Below are positions 12,898 to 25,629 of a stretch of 64,000 nucleotides of DNA, piece by piece. The stretch's first letter is position 1; every line of letters begins with the position of its first letter. The position numbers and the translations under genes were made by a program. The DNA is from Octopus vulgaris (Eukaryota), in contig OX597814.1 in assembly GCA_951406725.2 (NCBI GenBank), forward strand, positions 39,122,001 to 39,186,000, read 5' to 3'. The notes below the pieces were generated by a model. That model was not told the DNA's origin and did no database searches. It saw nothing but the letters and a program-made list of their open reading frames with translations.

Positions 12898-15800
12898 ACC
12901 CATTTATAAATGTTCTAATATCTTTCACAACCACGGATTTTTATCGCATTCTGTAGTTTGTCGATGCAGTGATATGGGTCATAATGATTACGCAGACATG
13001 ACTACAAATCTTAAGCGAAATTTCTATATCCTTTCGTAACTATTGACAGTAATCGAAACAGAGATGAATTTGTGCTTCTAATAACATGTGAATTTTATTA
13101 TACGAAACACCGGAATACTCATTTTGGTACGAAAGACTTTCAGCTGAAAATGTGAAATAACAGCCATCCAATAATATTAAGAGATTTACTAGTCAGTGAC
13201 AGCGAAAAGGCCATGTGCCTCGCAATGCATGACTATGTCACACAAGTAGCTTTGCTTGCTTCCTGCTTATGTTCCCTCGTTGTTGAATTCAATTCTGTAT
13301 GTATTCAACACACACACACACACACACACAAGCACGCATATACACATAAAGGAAGTCTGAAAATTTCATGGTAGAAAAGAACATATGAATGATTGTAGGG
13401 TGAACGTCTAATGAACAGAAAGTGCAATTGGCAGCCCGTCTGCTCGAATTCAAATACAATTAAAATACACATGGGCATTTTCATGTAAACGGTCATAGCC
13501 GATTATTGAAGAAATATAAATACACACACAGACAAACACACACATAAAACACATACACACACAAACACGCACACTCAAACACTTTTACATATATGCATAT
13601 GCAGTAACCACTGCATACTGTTATTAACAAATGAAGTTGGTTACAATCACTTATTATACACTCTCACACCACATATGCGTGTATATATATGTATGGATGT
13701 GTTTTTGTTCGTATGTTTATACATAGGCGCATTTACATATGCTTATGTATTTATGCATGTATGTATGTGTAAGTATAGTAGTAATAACAATAATACTTGG
13801 ATGGAATATTTAAACATTTTAATATGCATTCAAATGTTTATAAATTCCATCCAACGATTATTGCTATCATTACTATATTTATCCTACGTTATATCAGAAT
13901 AGCAAGATGGGAGCCCCAAAAAAACTGGTTCACGAGTCAGCATTATTAAAATGTGGTCGGTATAATGGAAAATGAGCTTTAGTTGCATATTCAAAACGTT
14001 TCACGTAAACAAATACAAAAGCTATATATGTATATGTATATATACATACACACACACAACCAGACACTCAAACACACATCCCCCCACACACACCTATATG
14101 GTGGGGATGCAGACAAACAGACTGACAGGCAGAAAGACGTGTGTGTAGGCTATTTAACTGTATCGGAGAGATAATGTTTAAGAGTATTGAAATTGTATTG
14201 GAATGCCAGGAGAAATCTTGCTATTTGCACTCTTCCGTGCACTTGACTTTTCTCGTATAACCAATTATATACTGTCGTCTATCAGTCACTCTTTGAAGTA
14301 GTCTGTATATTGTTTATTGTGTTATTCTTTTTCTATGAATCGCCCGGATATCATAGACACCTACGTTTAAGAAATTATATGCTTGTGTTTCTTAAGAGTT
14401 AAGTGTTAACAATGAAGATCTTATTGGCGCAAGATGGTCTCAACATACGATTTCGTTCATATTCTGAATTCTGTAGTGACAAATGCATAAATCTAGTTAT
14501 CATTTATTTACTAAGTATCCCGGGACTCTATTCCCGATAGTTGCTTAAAGAGTTTATTTTTAAAAAAATTTAATTTATTCTTTAGTATTTAAACGTAACT
14601 GGAGCCGTAAGCTTTCAAAGGGTTTATTACGTAAATAGTAGAATTAGCAAAGAGACATAACGTACGTCAAATACCAGCAAATATAGTGTTTATCTTCGTC
14701 AAGAGAAATATACTTTCCGATTTCAACTGCCATCATGCCACTTCCCTTTTCAGACGAAATGGTTTTGCTATAACCCATAAAATGTTTCGCTCGTGGAGTG
14801 CAGCAATACGAATTTAATAACAGTGTAGTATGTATACGCTTGCTGTGTCTTTGTTTGAGATAATTAGTCGATCCTTATCTTTTAGTGTCAGCATACGAAG
14901 TACTGGAAAATGCTTTGAATTTCCAATCCTTGTTTAGTGTATTGTTGTACAGTCATATTTTCAAATCCAGACGTATCAAGCAGCTCGCATGGAAAGATGT
15001 TGCTGTCTAGTTCTGACGAATTAGCATGTACTTGGTTCAAGTATAAGTGGCTTCAGTGGACCGTATCCAATAAGGTTTCGCATACCAAGAGAAGCATCCA
15101 ACAACGTCCCTGTCTCTAAGAGTACTTTTCAAAAAGGAGTTACGATACGTAAAGCTTTTTTCTTGTATTTGTTCCACAAATATCAAGTGTCTTCTGAAGG
15201 TGTAGAATGTCTGAGGATGACAAAAGAAGAGTAAAATCTACGTATTTGTATACACTGAATAATAATTATATAATATCACCAACAATAGATGTGTATAGGT
15301 ATTTAATATATATATATGTGTATGTTTGTGTGCGTGTGTGTGTGTATATGAATATATTTATGTGTGTGTGTGTATATATGTATGTGTGTGTATATATGTA
15401 TATATAGAAATGTGTGTAAATCTATAAATAGTAAGTCTAGCTTTCTATTGAAAGATAGATAGATAGACAGACAGACATATTTATACAAAAATACATACTT
15501 TTGTGTATGCTATATGTATAAGACTCTAAATATGCACACGAGAGCTTGTTGTATGTATGCTTGGTAAATTGTTTTCAAAATATACACTTTATATTTTGTT
15601 GTTGTTTACCTTCTTTTTAATCATGCTTGTCTAAATGGAGTTGCTGTGATTCAATATATTCTAGTATCATTACAGCAGAGATAGTTATATAAATTCTATT
15701 CATTACTATTTTCATTGAACAAAAAAAAAGCTATATTAGAGGAATTGACTGTCTCACCATGCTCTAAAAGTTTCGCCTAAAGAAATAATACACCATGTTG

Positions 15801-15963
15801 AGATTCACAGTAATTCATGAAATTGCACAATAATTTAATTTTCGAATTAATAATTAATGCAAAAATAAGCTTCTTTATTTGCCGTTTGAAATCCAAATTA
15901 TCGAGACAATACTAACGTTGCATGTCAATTTAACATCAATATTTCGTGCAGACCACTAGCAAA

Positions 15964-15964
15964 G

Positions 15965-16045
<81 letters not shown>

Positions 16046-16223
16046 ATGTATAGGTATATATGTATATGTATATGTATAGGTATATATGTATGTATATGTG
16101 TATATGTAAAGGTATATATGTATGTATATGTATATATGTATATGTATATATGTATGTATATGAGTATGTATGTATATATATATATATATATACATACGTG
16201 TGTGTCTGTGATATGTGTGTATG

Positions 16224-16276
<53 letters not shown>

Positions 16277-16310
16277 CTGTATATAGAGAGAGGGGGAGAG
16301 AGAGTGAGAG
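15964..16310. repeat. Compound (TA)/(TG)/(TATG)/(GA) microsatellite
   Basis: Direct observation. Confidence 0.95.
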
Positions 16311-16691
16311 ATCGAAAGAGAAAAACTGAGAGAGACATATGTGCGTGTGCTATTGAGTGTGTAGTTGATATTTTAAGAGGTTCGCTAACGTTAAATCTGA
16401 TGCATTCCCATTTAATATTTCTAATACGATATTAACAGTTCGTTGTTATCTATGCTCAATTTTTTTCATATAAAATTTAATGTGTCTATATAACATGATT
16501 TAGGTGTCGTTTTTACTGGAGAAAACTAGGAGTAGACGATAAATCGTTTTAATGTAGATTCACAATTGAAAAAAATACCGTGTTCTCGCTTAAAATGGAT
16601 TTTACATTAGTTCTTTTGTTTGTAAATTGCCTATCGTTCAAGTATTACTATTGTTGTCCTTGATGTTCTTATAATTTTAAAGCCTCTTCTA

Positions 16692-16752
16692 CTTCTTCTT
16701 CTTCTTCTTCTTCTTATTATTATTATTATTATTATTATCATTATTATTATTA

Positions 16753-16824
<72 letters not shown>

Positions 16825-16826
16825 TT
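16692..16826. repeat. (CTT)n-(TTA)n microsatellite
   Basis: Direct observation. Confidence 0.95.
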
Positions 16827-19363
16827 ACTTGCGTTATTTGCATTTTACACAGTGGCAATAACAACCTATTTACTTTAGTTCATATCATGTAACTTAGCTT
16901 TATTGCACCTCTTTAGCATAATTGCTGAAAGAAAATCTTCTTTATGACATGTCGTGATTCTTTTGTAGTATAATGACATTTCCAGTTGGAATAACATTAT
17001 AACATAACTTATTTTTCAGTGTCTGAATTTACTTTTATATCAACTAAAATATATGGTGTTTGAAGAATCACGAGTTGCAGACTAGGGAGAGCGACTAAAT
17101 AACTTGTAACAAGTTAGCTTTCGTTTTCTATTTTGGTGCATTCCTCTAGACATGTGGTCGCTGTTGTTTTGCTGTTAATATTAGGTTCTAAGTAGGCCTT
17201 GGTCATGTATATTTGAAATCAGAAGCATTTTATTCCTCGTAGTCAAACTCTTTATTCCGCCAGTTTTTAACGTGCTCTGAAGTACCTAATCTAACATGCC
17301 CCTATCTAAAAAATGAGGATTCTCAAAACATACGTGAAACTTCATAGAAAGGTTTTCAATAACTGGTCGTGTGAACATGTACCGTATAAAACATCATAAC
17401 TTAACACCCTCCCCCCCCACACACACATATTATTGTGAATTATTTAGGCTGATATATTATCCTGGTGGATATTGATGAAGCTCTCAGTTATGTTCTGGAT
17501 TGTGGCTGACCCCACTCATTACTATTTAAACGTCTATCACTACGATGAGTTCTTGCTAGCCATGTAAATTCCTAGGATATGTAATACCGAGTTTGCTTCA
17601 CTAGACGGCGATATTATCTGGAGTGCTTATTAGCAATAATTAAAACATTAGAGGATATGGAGACTAGTGCAATTATTTCCTTTTATTTTACAATGGCATA
17701 CAATCATAAAAATATGTTGTATCACATTTTAGCATAAAAGAAAATGTCAGATTGTAACATAAAAGGAAAGTTTGATTTTATTCATTACATGATTATAATA
17801 AAGCTTCAAAAATATTCGCACATGCAATCGACATTCATTACTGATTTGAAAGCATTAAAAATGTATATAACGGCACTTTCGGTGACTACAGAAGTAAACT
17901 AATTCCTATAGTTCAATTTGTTCCGAAGTGGATTACAGAGTAATCCGATAGACTAAAATATGTAGTGCTTAATTAATATTTAAGTTACTGACTAGATATT
18001 CTCTTTTGCACTTTGTGTGATTCTCTGTAAAAGTTAACTTGACACAGTGATACACTTGTACGGATGTTTCAGAGAGTAGCACAATCTATCAAAGGAATTT
18101 ACTTAATGCTTCTGTCTATTCGTTTTCTCACATAAAATGCTTCGTTGATCCTAGTCTACGATAAATAATGCTTGTCGAAATTACTACGCAGTCTGGCATA
18201 TCCCGGTACATCATAATTTCAAAACGAACTTCGTAATCGCTTGGACGTGATGTATGACTTTTGTATATTCGGACACAAATTTAATAACTTTCCAGCAAAC
18301 AATCTTTCAGAGGCGAACCCAAGTCGGGTGTTTTAATACTTTAATGAAAATGAGTACTCTTCTGAAGAAACATAAATGTCGGATGAATACAAGCGAAGAG
18401 AAAATAGCGTAGATGCAGAGGCAAGTTTGAATACTTTAAATGATTGTTATACGTGAGTGCAGAACATAGTGTGACAGGCAATTAGCTAACATGATTGCAG
18501 CGTAAACATACGTTTTCATTAGAGAGAAAGAGAAAGAATGTAAAAGGGTCTTTGCTAGAAATAGAGGAAATATTAGTCAATTTAAAGATTGTTTTAGCGT
18601 AAAGCAACGAAGTGAATATGTGTGTGTCTGTGACAGAAAGTAACAATATTTGTCAATCGAGTTCGCCGGGTACGAAATGTGCTCGTATATAAGCGACAGA
18701 AGAATAAGAAGAAAGTGATACAATTCTACGCGGCAAACAAACAAAATCTGATGGGGGTCGAAACAAAACACCCACCCCTAGAAGAAGAAAAAACAAATCT
18801 TGATCTCACTCAACAGGCTTTATACCCGCTTAGAAAGTTGATTACCAACAAAAGTCATCGAAAAACGTGTGGTGTGTATCGCTAACTGCTATAAGGAATA
18901 CTAAATGTGGCAATATTGATGTAATATGGATCTTTTTTTTCCTAGGCGTTGATTTTGTGATATCGAATCTATCAAACGCTATGTTCCAATAGTATTAATA
19001 AACATATAACTTGTCACTGGATAAGCTTACATTTGCATAGAGTCAACATTTGCATTGCCACGATATTATGTAATTGTGCACATTTACTAATTGTGTCACA
19101 TTTGCATCGAATTAGAAAACACATTTTCTCCATTTCCACAACACAGGGTTTCTATTCGATTATAAATACTGCCTTTTCAAAATAACCTTTTACGCTCTCC
19201 ACCAGTTTTAATGATTGTACGTTATTTCTATTATTGAAGCGTTTGAGCTATACAGTGTTTATGTGAAACATCTATATTATTTTATAAGATTTTTTTGAAA
19301 GGTAAGTGCAAGCAGAGCTAATGCCATACGTTCAAAGATTATGTATTATAATGGGTTCAAATG

Positions 19364-19523
19364 TTGGCACAAGGCCAGTGATTTTAAGTTAAGATGTATG
19401 CTGATTACAACATCCACACTGTTCAGGTGAAACTTATTTTATCGGTTCTGAAAAGATGAAAGGTTAAGTCAACCTCATCGGAATTTGAACTCAGAACGTA
19501 AAGAACCGATTGAATACCGCTAA
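19364..19523 (-). mobile_element. SINE family A, degenerate partial copy with type-2 tail
   Basis: gaaaagatgaaaggttaagtcaacctcatcggaatttgaactcagaacgta is homologous to 30137-30185. Confidence 0.75.
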
Positions 19524-19659
19524 ATCTGAACATGGCATATTGTCTTCTACCAAAGTATTGAGACTGGAATGTTAGATGGCAACCGAAAGAAGCTTGTTAT
19601 ATATATATCGGAGTAAAGACTCCCTGCAGTTAAGAATGAATATAGAATTTCACTCAGAA

Positions 19660-19939
19660 AGCCCCCCCACACACACACCGAGGCGCAAGTCCGAGCAAGT
19701 TTGTGGAAGGCTAGGAGTCACCCATGCATACCAGTCTCCTATACCCATGTCACTAATGTTATCGAAGGGAAAGGCTGATACAGATTCGGAGCGGTCACTC
19801 ATTTCTACAGCCGTGGGAATTAGAGCAACGTGAAATAATGTGTCTTGTTCAAGAACATAACACACAGCCCGGTCAATGGATCGAACTCACTAATTCACGA
19901 TAGTAAGTTCGACGCTCTAACCACTGAGCCATGCACCTT
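19660..19939 (-). mobile_element. tRNA-derived SINE, family D
   Basis: Minus strand: gcatggctcagtggttagagcgtc (A box), gagttcgatcc (B box), gttcttgaacaagacac..ggctgtagaaatgagt; homologous to 29612 and 32597. Confidence 0.8.
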
Positions 19940-19998
19940 CTGTATGCGTAAATATACATATGTGTCTGTATGTGTGTGTGTGTGTGCGTGCGTGTGTG

Positions 19999-20038
<40 letters not shown>

Positions 20039-20040
<2 letters not shown>

Positions 20041-20231
20041 AATCCAAACAAGAAAACACAGAAAAAAACACAGCAACGCGAGGACGTGGAACAATTGTAT
20101 TATTTGACGCTCAGGAAAGACGGGAAGCAGGGTTTAACGTTTCGAGCGGAGCTCTTCGTCGGAAACAAGGAGAAGGAAAGATCCCGAGAAGGGTAGACAG
20201 AGGAAAAGAATATTTTTGCTGGTGGTGCTCA

Positions 20232-20235
<4 letters not shown>
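20039..20235 (-). mobile_element. Short non-coding hammerhead-bearing repeat between two (TA)n tracts
   Basis: Flanked by (TA)n on both sides; 3' part homologous to 50411-50520 (opposite strand) and more weakly to 63790-63960. Confidence 0.7.
20132..20166 (-). ncRNA. Near-intact minimal type-I hammerhead ribozyme motif
   Basis: Reverse complement reads gttt-CCGACGA-a-gagc-tcc-gctc-GAAA-cg-tt-aaac: stem I gttt/aaac, stem II gagc/gctc, palindromic AACGTT in place of helix III. Confidence 0.65.
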
Positions 20236-20300
<65 letters not shown>

Positions 20301-20399
20301 CAGACAGAGATACAGAGAGAGAGAGAAAGAGCAGAGAGATACATAAATAAAGAAACTAAAAATGATGGTAGCCAAAAAAACAAACACCTGAAATATATC

Positions 20400-21560
20400 G
20401 ATTCCACTATCTAAAGTGTTTGCACAATGCCTTGGACATTTTTGCTGTTATTTATACAGACCATGTCGATGAGAATAGAGCCTGTTTGTTCATATGCAAT
20501 ATCCATGTCCGATATTATATTCGGAGATGGAAACTAACAGTCTCTCTATTATATTTGTTGTCACTGTTTCGATCACACGTTTCATAGATAACTTTCGGTG
20601 CCTCAGCGATGCACGAACGAGGAAAAATTGTTCCTCTTGAAAGCCATCTGTTTTGTGTAAAAGTATATAAAATGTTTTTTATTGATAATGATATAAAAGT
20701 TCCATGGTTTCGCATGCAAAGGCAGAGAATTATTGCACCAGGAAATTGGCAGCAATAATAAATAAAGAATTTAGATCTATGTTGTTTTTACTTGATGTCA
20801 TTGAATTGAGCTGTTAGGATATTATTCGAACTCATTTTCATGATGGTTTAGAGAGTAACATCTAAAATAGTATCATGAAATTCAGTTAAGTAGTTTAGCG
20901 TAATGCCCATCTTGCAGCACTATAAGAATGAGAGGATATATAAGTCATTATTTTATTTCATTTAGACATGTAAACTAACTAAACTTATTTCCATACAGCC
21001 ACGTAGTAATTTAAGTGCCCTTTTAATGGCGATAAAACAATGATGAACAGACTTTAACTGACGCTAGTTACTTATACTTTACTGTTTTCCTGTGCCTCAT
21101 GTTCATAGCATAAGGATAAATGTCTTTGAGATGAATTACTCAAAATTAATTATATTAAAGATTTTTAGCAACATCAAAATTGTCAGAGGCGTGTGAAACA
21201 GGTTACCTTCTTTGGTGTCTTCAAGAATATATCTATTACCAAGTGAAAACTCTGATAAGTAAGAGCAAAAAACTGTGTGCGATTTTAGATGGTTTTTTTT
21301 TAAGTGTCAAGAAGACAGCGACTGTGTAAAAGTTCGCTTGCTAGCTCATCGTAATTATTTTTCTTAAAGTATTATCCGCTGATATATGCTGAAGAAATAT
21401 TAATGTGGGAAACATCTTTGCAGAATTTCAACATCCTGTAATGAACATATATGCTAACCGGATAAAATGTATTTCTGATTATAAAGATTTCACAAACTAA
21501 ATCTGTTTACCACACAGGAGGCACGATTGTGACATTTATCACGTGGAATAATAAGCAATA
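20400..21560 (-). mobile_element. Decayed hAT (Charlie/Buster-like) transposase remnant
   Basis: Colinear minus-strand motifs: SCLLCGKQI (BED-type Cys pair), VHHCFI (HCxIHR), RNHGTF..ILYTFTQNRWLSRGTIF (LLYHTEVRWLSRGKVL), LIDM..NVQG (LxDI..LQG). Confidence 0.55.
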
Positions 21561-21771
21561 AAAACTGTAAATATTGATTTTCTACAACAAAACATTAAAG
21601 TTAAAGCATTATGATATAGAGTAGTTTTAAATTTATGGAAAATACATATTAAAGTAAAATTTACTGTAATAAAAATTAATGGGAAGATTACACTTCGATT
21701 CGTTAATTTTCGAGATATTTATACACTGACCATGTGACTTCATTTCTATATAAGTATATAGGTGTGTGAGA

Positions 21772-21772
21772 G

Positions 21773-21830
<58 letters not shown>

Positions 21831-22055
21831 TATATACATAAATATATATATATATATATATATATACATGCATATATATATAACATACACATACATACAT
21901 ATATTTGTATTCATGTACTGTTTTGTTTATTTTCCACTGATGAGGCAAAGCATTTAGATACATACCTACTATAAGCTGACCACACACACATATATATGTG
22001 TGGGTGTGTGCGTGTATGTATGTGTGCGTGTGTGCGTGCATATATATATATGCAC

Positions 22056-22088
<33 letters not shown>
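21772..22088. repeat. (TA)n/(TG)n compound microsatellite region
   Basis: Direct observation; interrupted by about 80 bp of unique sequence. Confidence 0.85.
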
Positions 22089-22099
22089 TGGTTGTTTAC

Positions 22100-24374
22100 T
22101 CCTTATGCAGAGTTTCAGTAACTCCTGTACCTACAACTCAGAACCACTATGGCATTTGAAATTAGCAAGACTAGTAAATTCTTGCAACAACTTGATATAG
22201 AGAGCTACTATGCCGCTATCAACCCGATCGTAATCAATCATGCCCTGGTTTTTAGCATGAACATTTCCGATTTGTCCCGACGCAAAACTGATCTACTTGC
22301 CGCTCGAGCCACTCTTGCAGATTTTTATGAAGTAGATTAGATAGGGAAAAAGTATTTTATATATCAATGAGCTCACACGTTTCTACTCTGGCCAGTGAGC
22401 TAATCGGAATATATATTATTTCATTAATCCAGTCTTCCTCTCCGGAGGTAACAGGAGGTCTAAATAGTGATGACGCCTTATTTCTTCTAGACAGAAGTAG
22501 TAAAGTACAGTTAGAAAGGCATAGGATAAACTTAGGCCTAAACATTACTCTGTGTAAAGATTATCGTTGAGAGAATTTTCTTGATGCTACCTTCTATCAT
22601 GATACTGGATTGTTTGAACAATTTCATAACAATTTCATAAACCGATTTATCTTATTGCGTACATTGACATAGCTTCCAATCATCCACCCTCGATTATTCG
22701 GGGACTAGTTAAGAATATTTCTACTAGAATCTCAAGATTATCTGCTAACAATAACATTTTCAAAACTTATTCAATATATTATAATGCTATAATGATGATC
22801 AGGCTAGGAATGGGTACCGCAATAAAATTCAATACGTACAAGAAGCAAGCTTAAGCAACATTGGTAATTCCTACAACTGCGATGCACATCGTATACCACC
22901 ACAACGTTACCGTTTAAGAAATACAAGCTAGAAAGATAAAGAATACAAGCTAGAAAGAATTAGTAATGTCAGTGAACAACCAACGATAATTCATAGACAC
23001 ATGTGACATAATAATTCAACTGCTTCTTCCAATCCTGTACAACACACTCGATCAAATACACCTAACAACAGATAGAGGGATCATGATTTCTTCTATTTCA
23101 ACCCAATTTTCGGTTTGCATTTTCCAGCCAGGATCGCTGCGACACACCATGAAGGTATCCTACGCTAACTCTGCTAATTTAGAGGAGATTATGCATCGCA
23201 TATACAATAGCAAAATGCAGCAAATGTTCAATAACCCATTCACTGGATCTAGCAAATATTTGCATCTAAATACCAACCGCATTGATATACATCAACTTCG
23301 ACCAATTTGTAGTAGTAGCAATATCATGGTACAGCTAGCACAGAAACAACGCCGGTAAATTGATTCGAGACTGACTTATATACAAATAAATACGATAAAT
23401 GCTTATGCAGAGATAAATCACAATGTCATTTGATGAATCTCTGTAGGAGTACAAATCTTCTATATAAATGTACCGTGCACACAAGGGGAGCGACCTATGT
23501 TTACATTGGACAAACGGCTGATTCATTTAAGGATAGTCATCGTAACCATGTTACCAGCTTTAAGTCAAATCAATAACAGGCATTCAACATCTGTGGCAGA
23601 TTTTATATGGGAACTGAAGGAGGGTAGATCAAAGTACAACATCAATTGGTCCATAATTAGACACGCAAAAGCATACAATATAATTTCCAGGAGATGCCGT
23701 CTCTGCTCCGAGGAATCCCTGTATATTCGGTGCAATAACGTGAAAATAATTAATAGTATTTCTCAACGATTATCGAAATGTCTGCACACATATAAATGTA
23801 CTTTTGCACAATGTTTTGAGAATGAATTTTGTGTAACCGCTAACTTAATTTAATTTAGTTTACTTTAAGCTATCGATGACTTAACTTTACTTTTAATCTC
23901 CCCATTCTTATAAACACGAAGTAAATAAGTAACTCACTTTGTGATCATGAGTGCACTAAACCTCTCGTCTGCATATGCTCACATTTTTACTGATGCTAGT
24001 ATGAGCGTGTTTACTCGAACCATGCATTTTGCCCAAAGGCGAAAAAAGTATTTTCAATACATTTTTCGCTGGATTATGTGTTCGTTTCTCTTTTTGTTAT
24101 CTGCAATTTTAATTTTGATTTTCTATATAATTGAAAATATTTCCTCCGTCTGGCTATTTTTCTCTCTACAAAACGGAAAGTGACGTTGTGTAACAGTCAT
24201 TATAACGAGTTGTTTTTATTTATTTATCACCCGACGAGATGCATCTGCACCACAGGATGCTCCGGAACCAGTTGCTGAGTGTCTCACCCAAGAGGAATCG
24301 ATGCCAGATATGTCAAAACAATTGTCGCGATTAATAATAAATTCTCGCATATTCCATCTTCTGTCTCCCATTTG

Positions 24375-24375
<1 letters not shown>
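22100..24375 (+). mobile_element. Penelope-like retroelement pseudogene: RT, GIY-YIG endonuclease and 3' region
   Basis: LDIESYYAAI..ALVFS; SMSSHVSTLASELIGIYII (MGSYDGAEVCELVGLYIL); GLNSDDAL (GLYRDDGL); NFLDATF; YIDIASNHPPSIIRGLVKNISTRISRLS; NLLYKCTV..YVYIGQTADSFKDSHRNHVTSF; FIWELKE..INWSII..RCRLCSEESLYI..KCLH. Multiple stops and frameshifts; both ends lie in TA tracts. Confidence 0.92.
24271..24331 (+). ncRNA. Degenerate hammerhead remnant at the 3' end of the Penelope copy
   Basis: gttgc-tgagtg...aaaa-caattg-tc-gcgat: palindromic helix III followed by GUC, stem I gttgc/gcgat; both core boxes mutated. Confidence 0.4.
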
Positions 24376-24410
<35 letters not shown>

Positions 24411-24470
24411 TGTTGCAAAAACATTATATATATACATATATATATATATGCAAAAACATTATATATATAT

Positions 24471-24777
24471 ATCACGTGACCATCACGTGACCGACCAGTC
24501 AATCTGATGTAGTTACACATCGCTGGTCACAATGCGTTCGCATTGTTTTAGCCTTGGAATGACGCCACCTCGCTGGCTTAGCGAGCAGGCCAACAGAAGA
24601 AAGAGTGGGAGAAAGAGTGGTGAAAGAATACACCATGGATCACCACCCCCTGCCGCAGCCTCGTGGAGCTTTTAGGTGTTTTCGCTCAGTAAACACTCAC
24701 AACGCCCGGTCTGGGAATCGAAACAACGATCCTACGACCGCGAGTCCGCTGCCCTAACCACTAGGCCATTGCACCTC

Positions 24778-24780
<3 letters not shown>
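24471..24780 (-). mobile_element. tRNA-derived SINE, family C
   Basis: Minus strand: gtggaggtgcaatggcctagtggttagggcagcggactcgcggtcgtaggatcgttgtttcgattccc (A and B boxes, tRNA-like fold); tail (ggtcacgtgat)x2; inserted in TA/CA tract. Confidence 0.85.
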
Positions 24781-24820
<40 letters not shown>

Positions 24821-24861
24821 GAAAATAATAAGACAATATATATATATAAATATATATATAC

Positions 24862-25575
24862 ATGAAAATAATAAGACCATACGAATGTATTACTTTCCAG
24901 TAAAAGATCGCCCATAAGGGTAAAATTATACATATAAAAATAGATAAATGGTACAACAAGGAACCATTATTTACTGGAAAATAGCAATCGTAATAAATAC
25001 GACGCTGTTGTATAGCTTCACTGCGTATATACTAGCAAAGACGCGTCCGTGCAACAAACATGAAAAAAATTTGTCTTCCCTCTAGGAAGAACATCTGATA
25101 AATAGACAACCTAGAATCGGATAATTCAGGCCCGGTTTCTGACTCTTAAAATACGTTTGACAACATAAAATTGATTAGTCTTCATCAGCTGCATTTACCT
25201 AGAAAAGATTTCAAATGTTGCCGCATCAACACCAGTATACTCGTCTGAACGCCAAAACGTTAACAGAACGAGAACAGTGAAGAAGTTTCAATGAAAATAA
25301 TAATGCAATACGAATGTATTAATTTCAGTAAAAGATAGCCCATAAGTGTAAAATTATACATATAAAAATAGATAAATGGTACAAGGAAACATTATTTACT
25401 GAAAAATAGCAATCGTAATAAATCCGACGCTATTGCATAGCTTCACTGCGTATATACTAGCAAAGACGCGTCTGTGCAACAAACACGAAAAAAAATTGTC
25501 TTACATCTAGGAAGAACAATTAGACAACCTAGAATCGGACAATGTAAATGTTGGTGCCTTGTTGTACCATTTATC
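24862..25575 (-). mobile_element. Partial tandem (~430-bp period) non-coding element with hammerhead motif and short inverted terminal copy
   Basis: 24862-25125 is repeated at 25291-25543; ccttgttgtaccatttatct (~25557-25576) is the reverse complement of 24942-24961; microsatellites on both sides. Confidence 0.75.
25124..25194 (-). ncRNA. Minimal type-I hammerhead motif with intact core boxes and a mutated cleavage triplet
   Basis: Minus strand: atgcag-CTGATGA-a-gact..agtc-a-GAAA-ccgg-gc-ctgaat; palindromic CCGG helix III; GGC instead of GUC. Confidence 0.6.
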
Positions 25576-25597
25576 TCTCTCTCTCTCTCTCTCTCTT

Positions 25598-25629
<32 letters not shown>

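Noticed and set aside
14937-15119. GC-richer stretch resembling an exon
   Set aside because: No recognisable protein in the frames examined and no convincing splice pair
24710-24780. tRNA-like sequences (also at 19.9, 29.8, 33.1 and 63.4 kb)
   Set aside because: They continue into SINE bodies and lack a proper acceptor stem and terminator; SINE heads rather than tRNA genes
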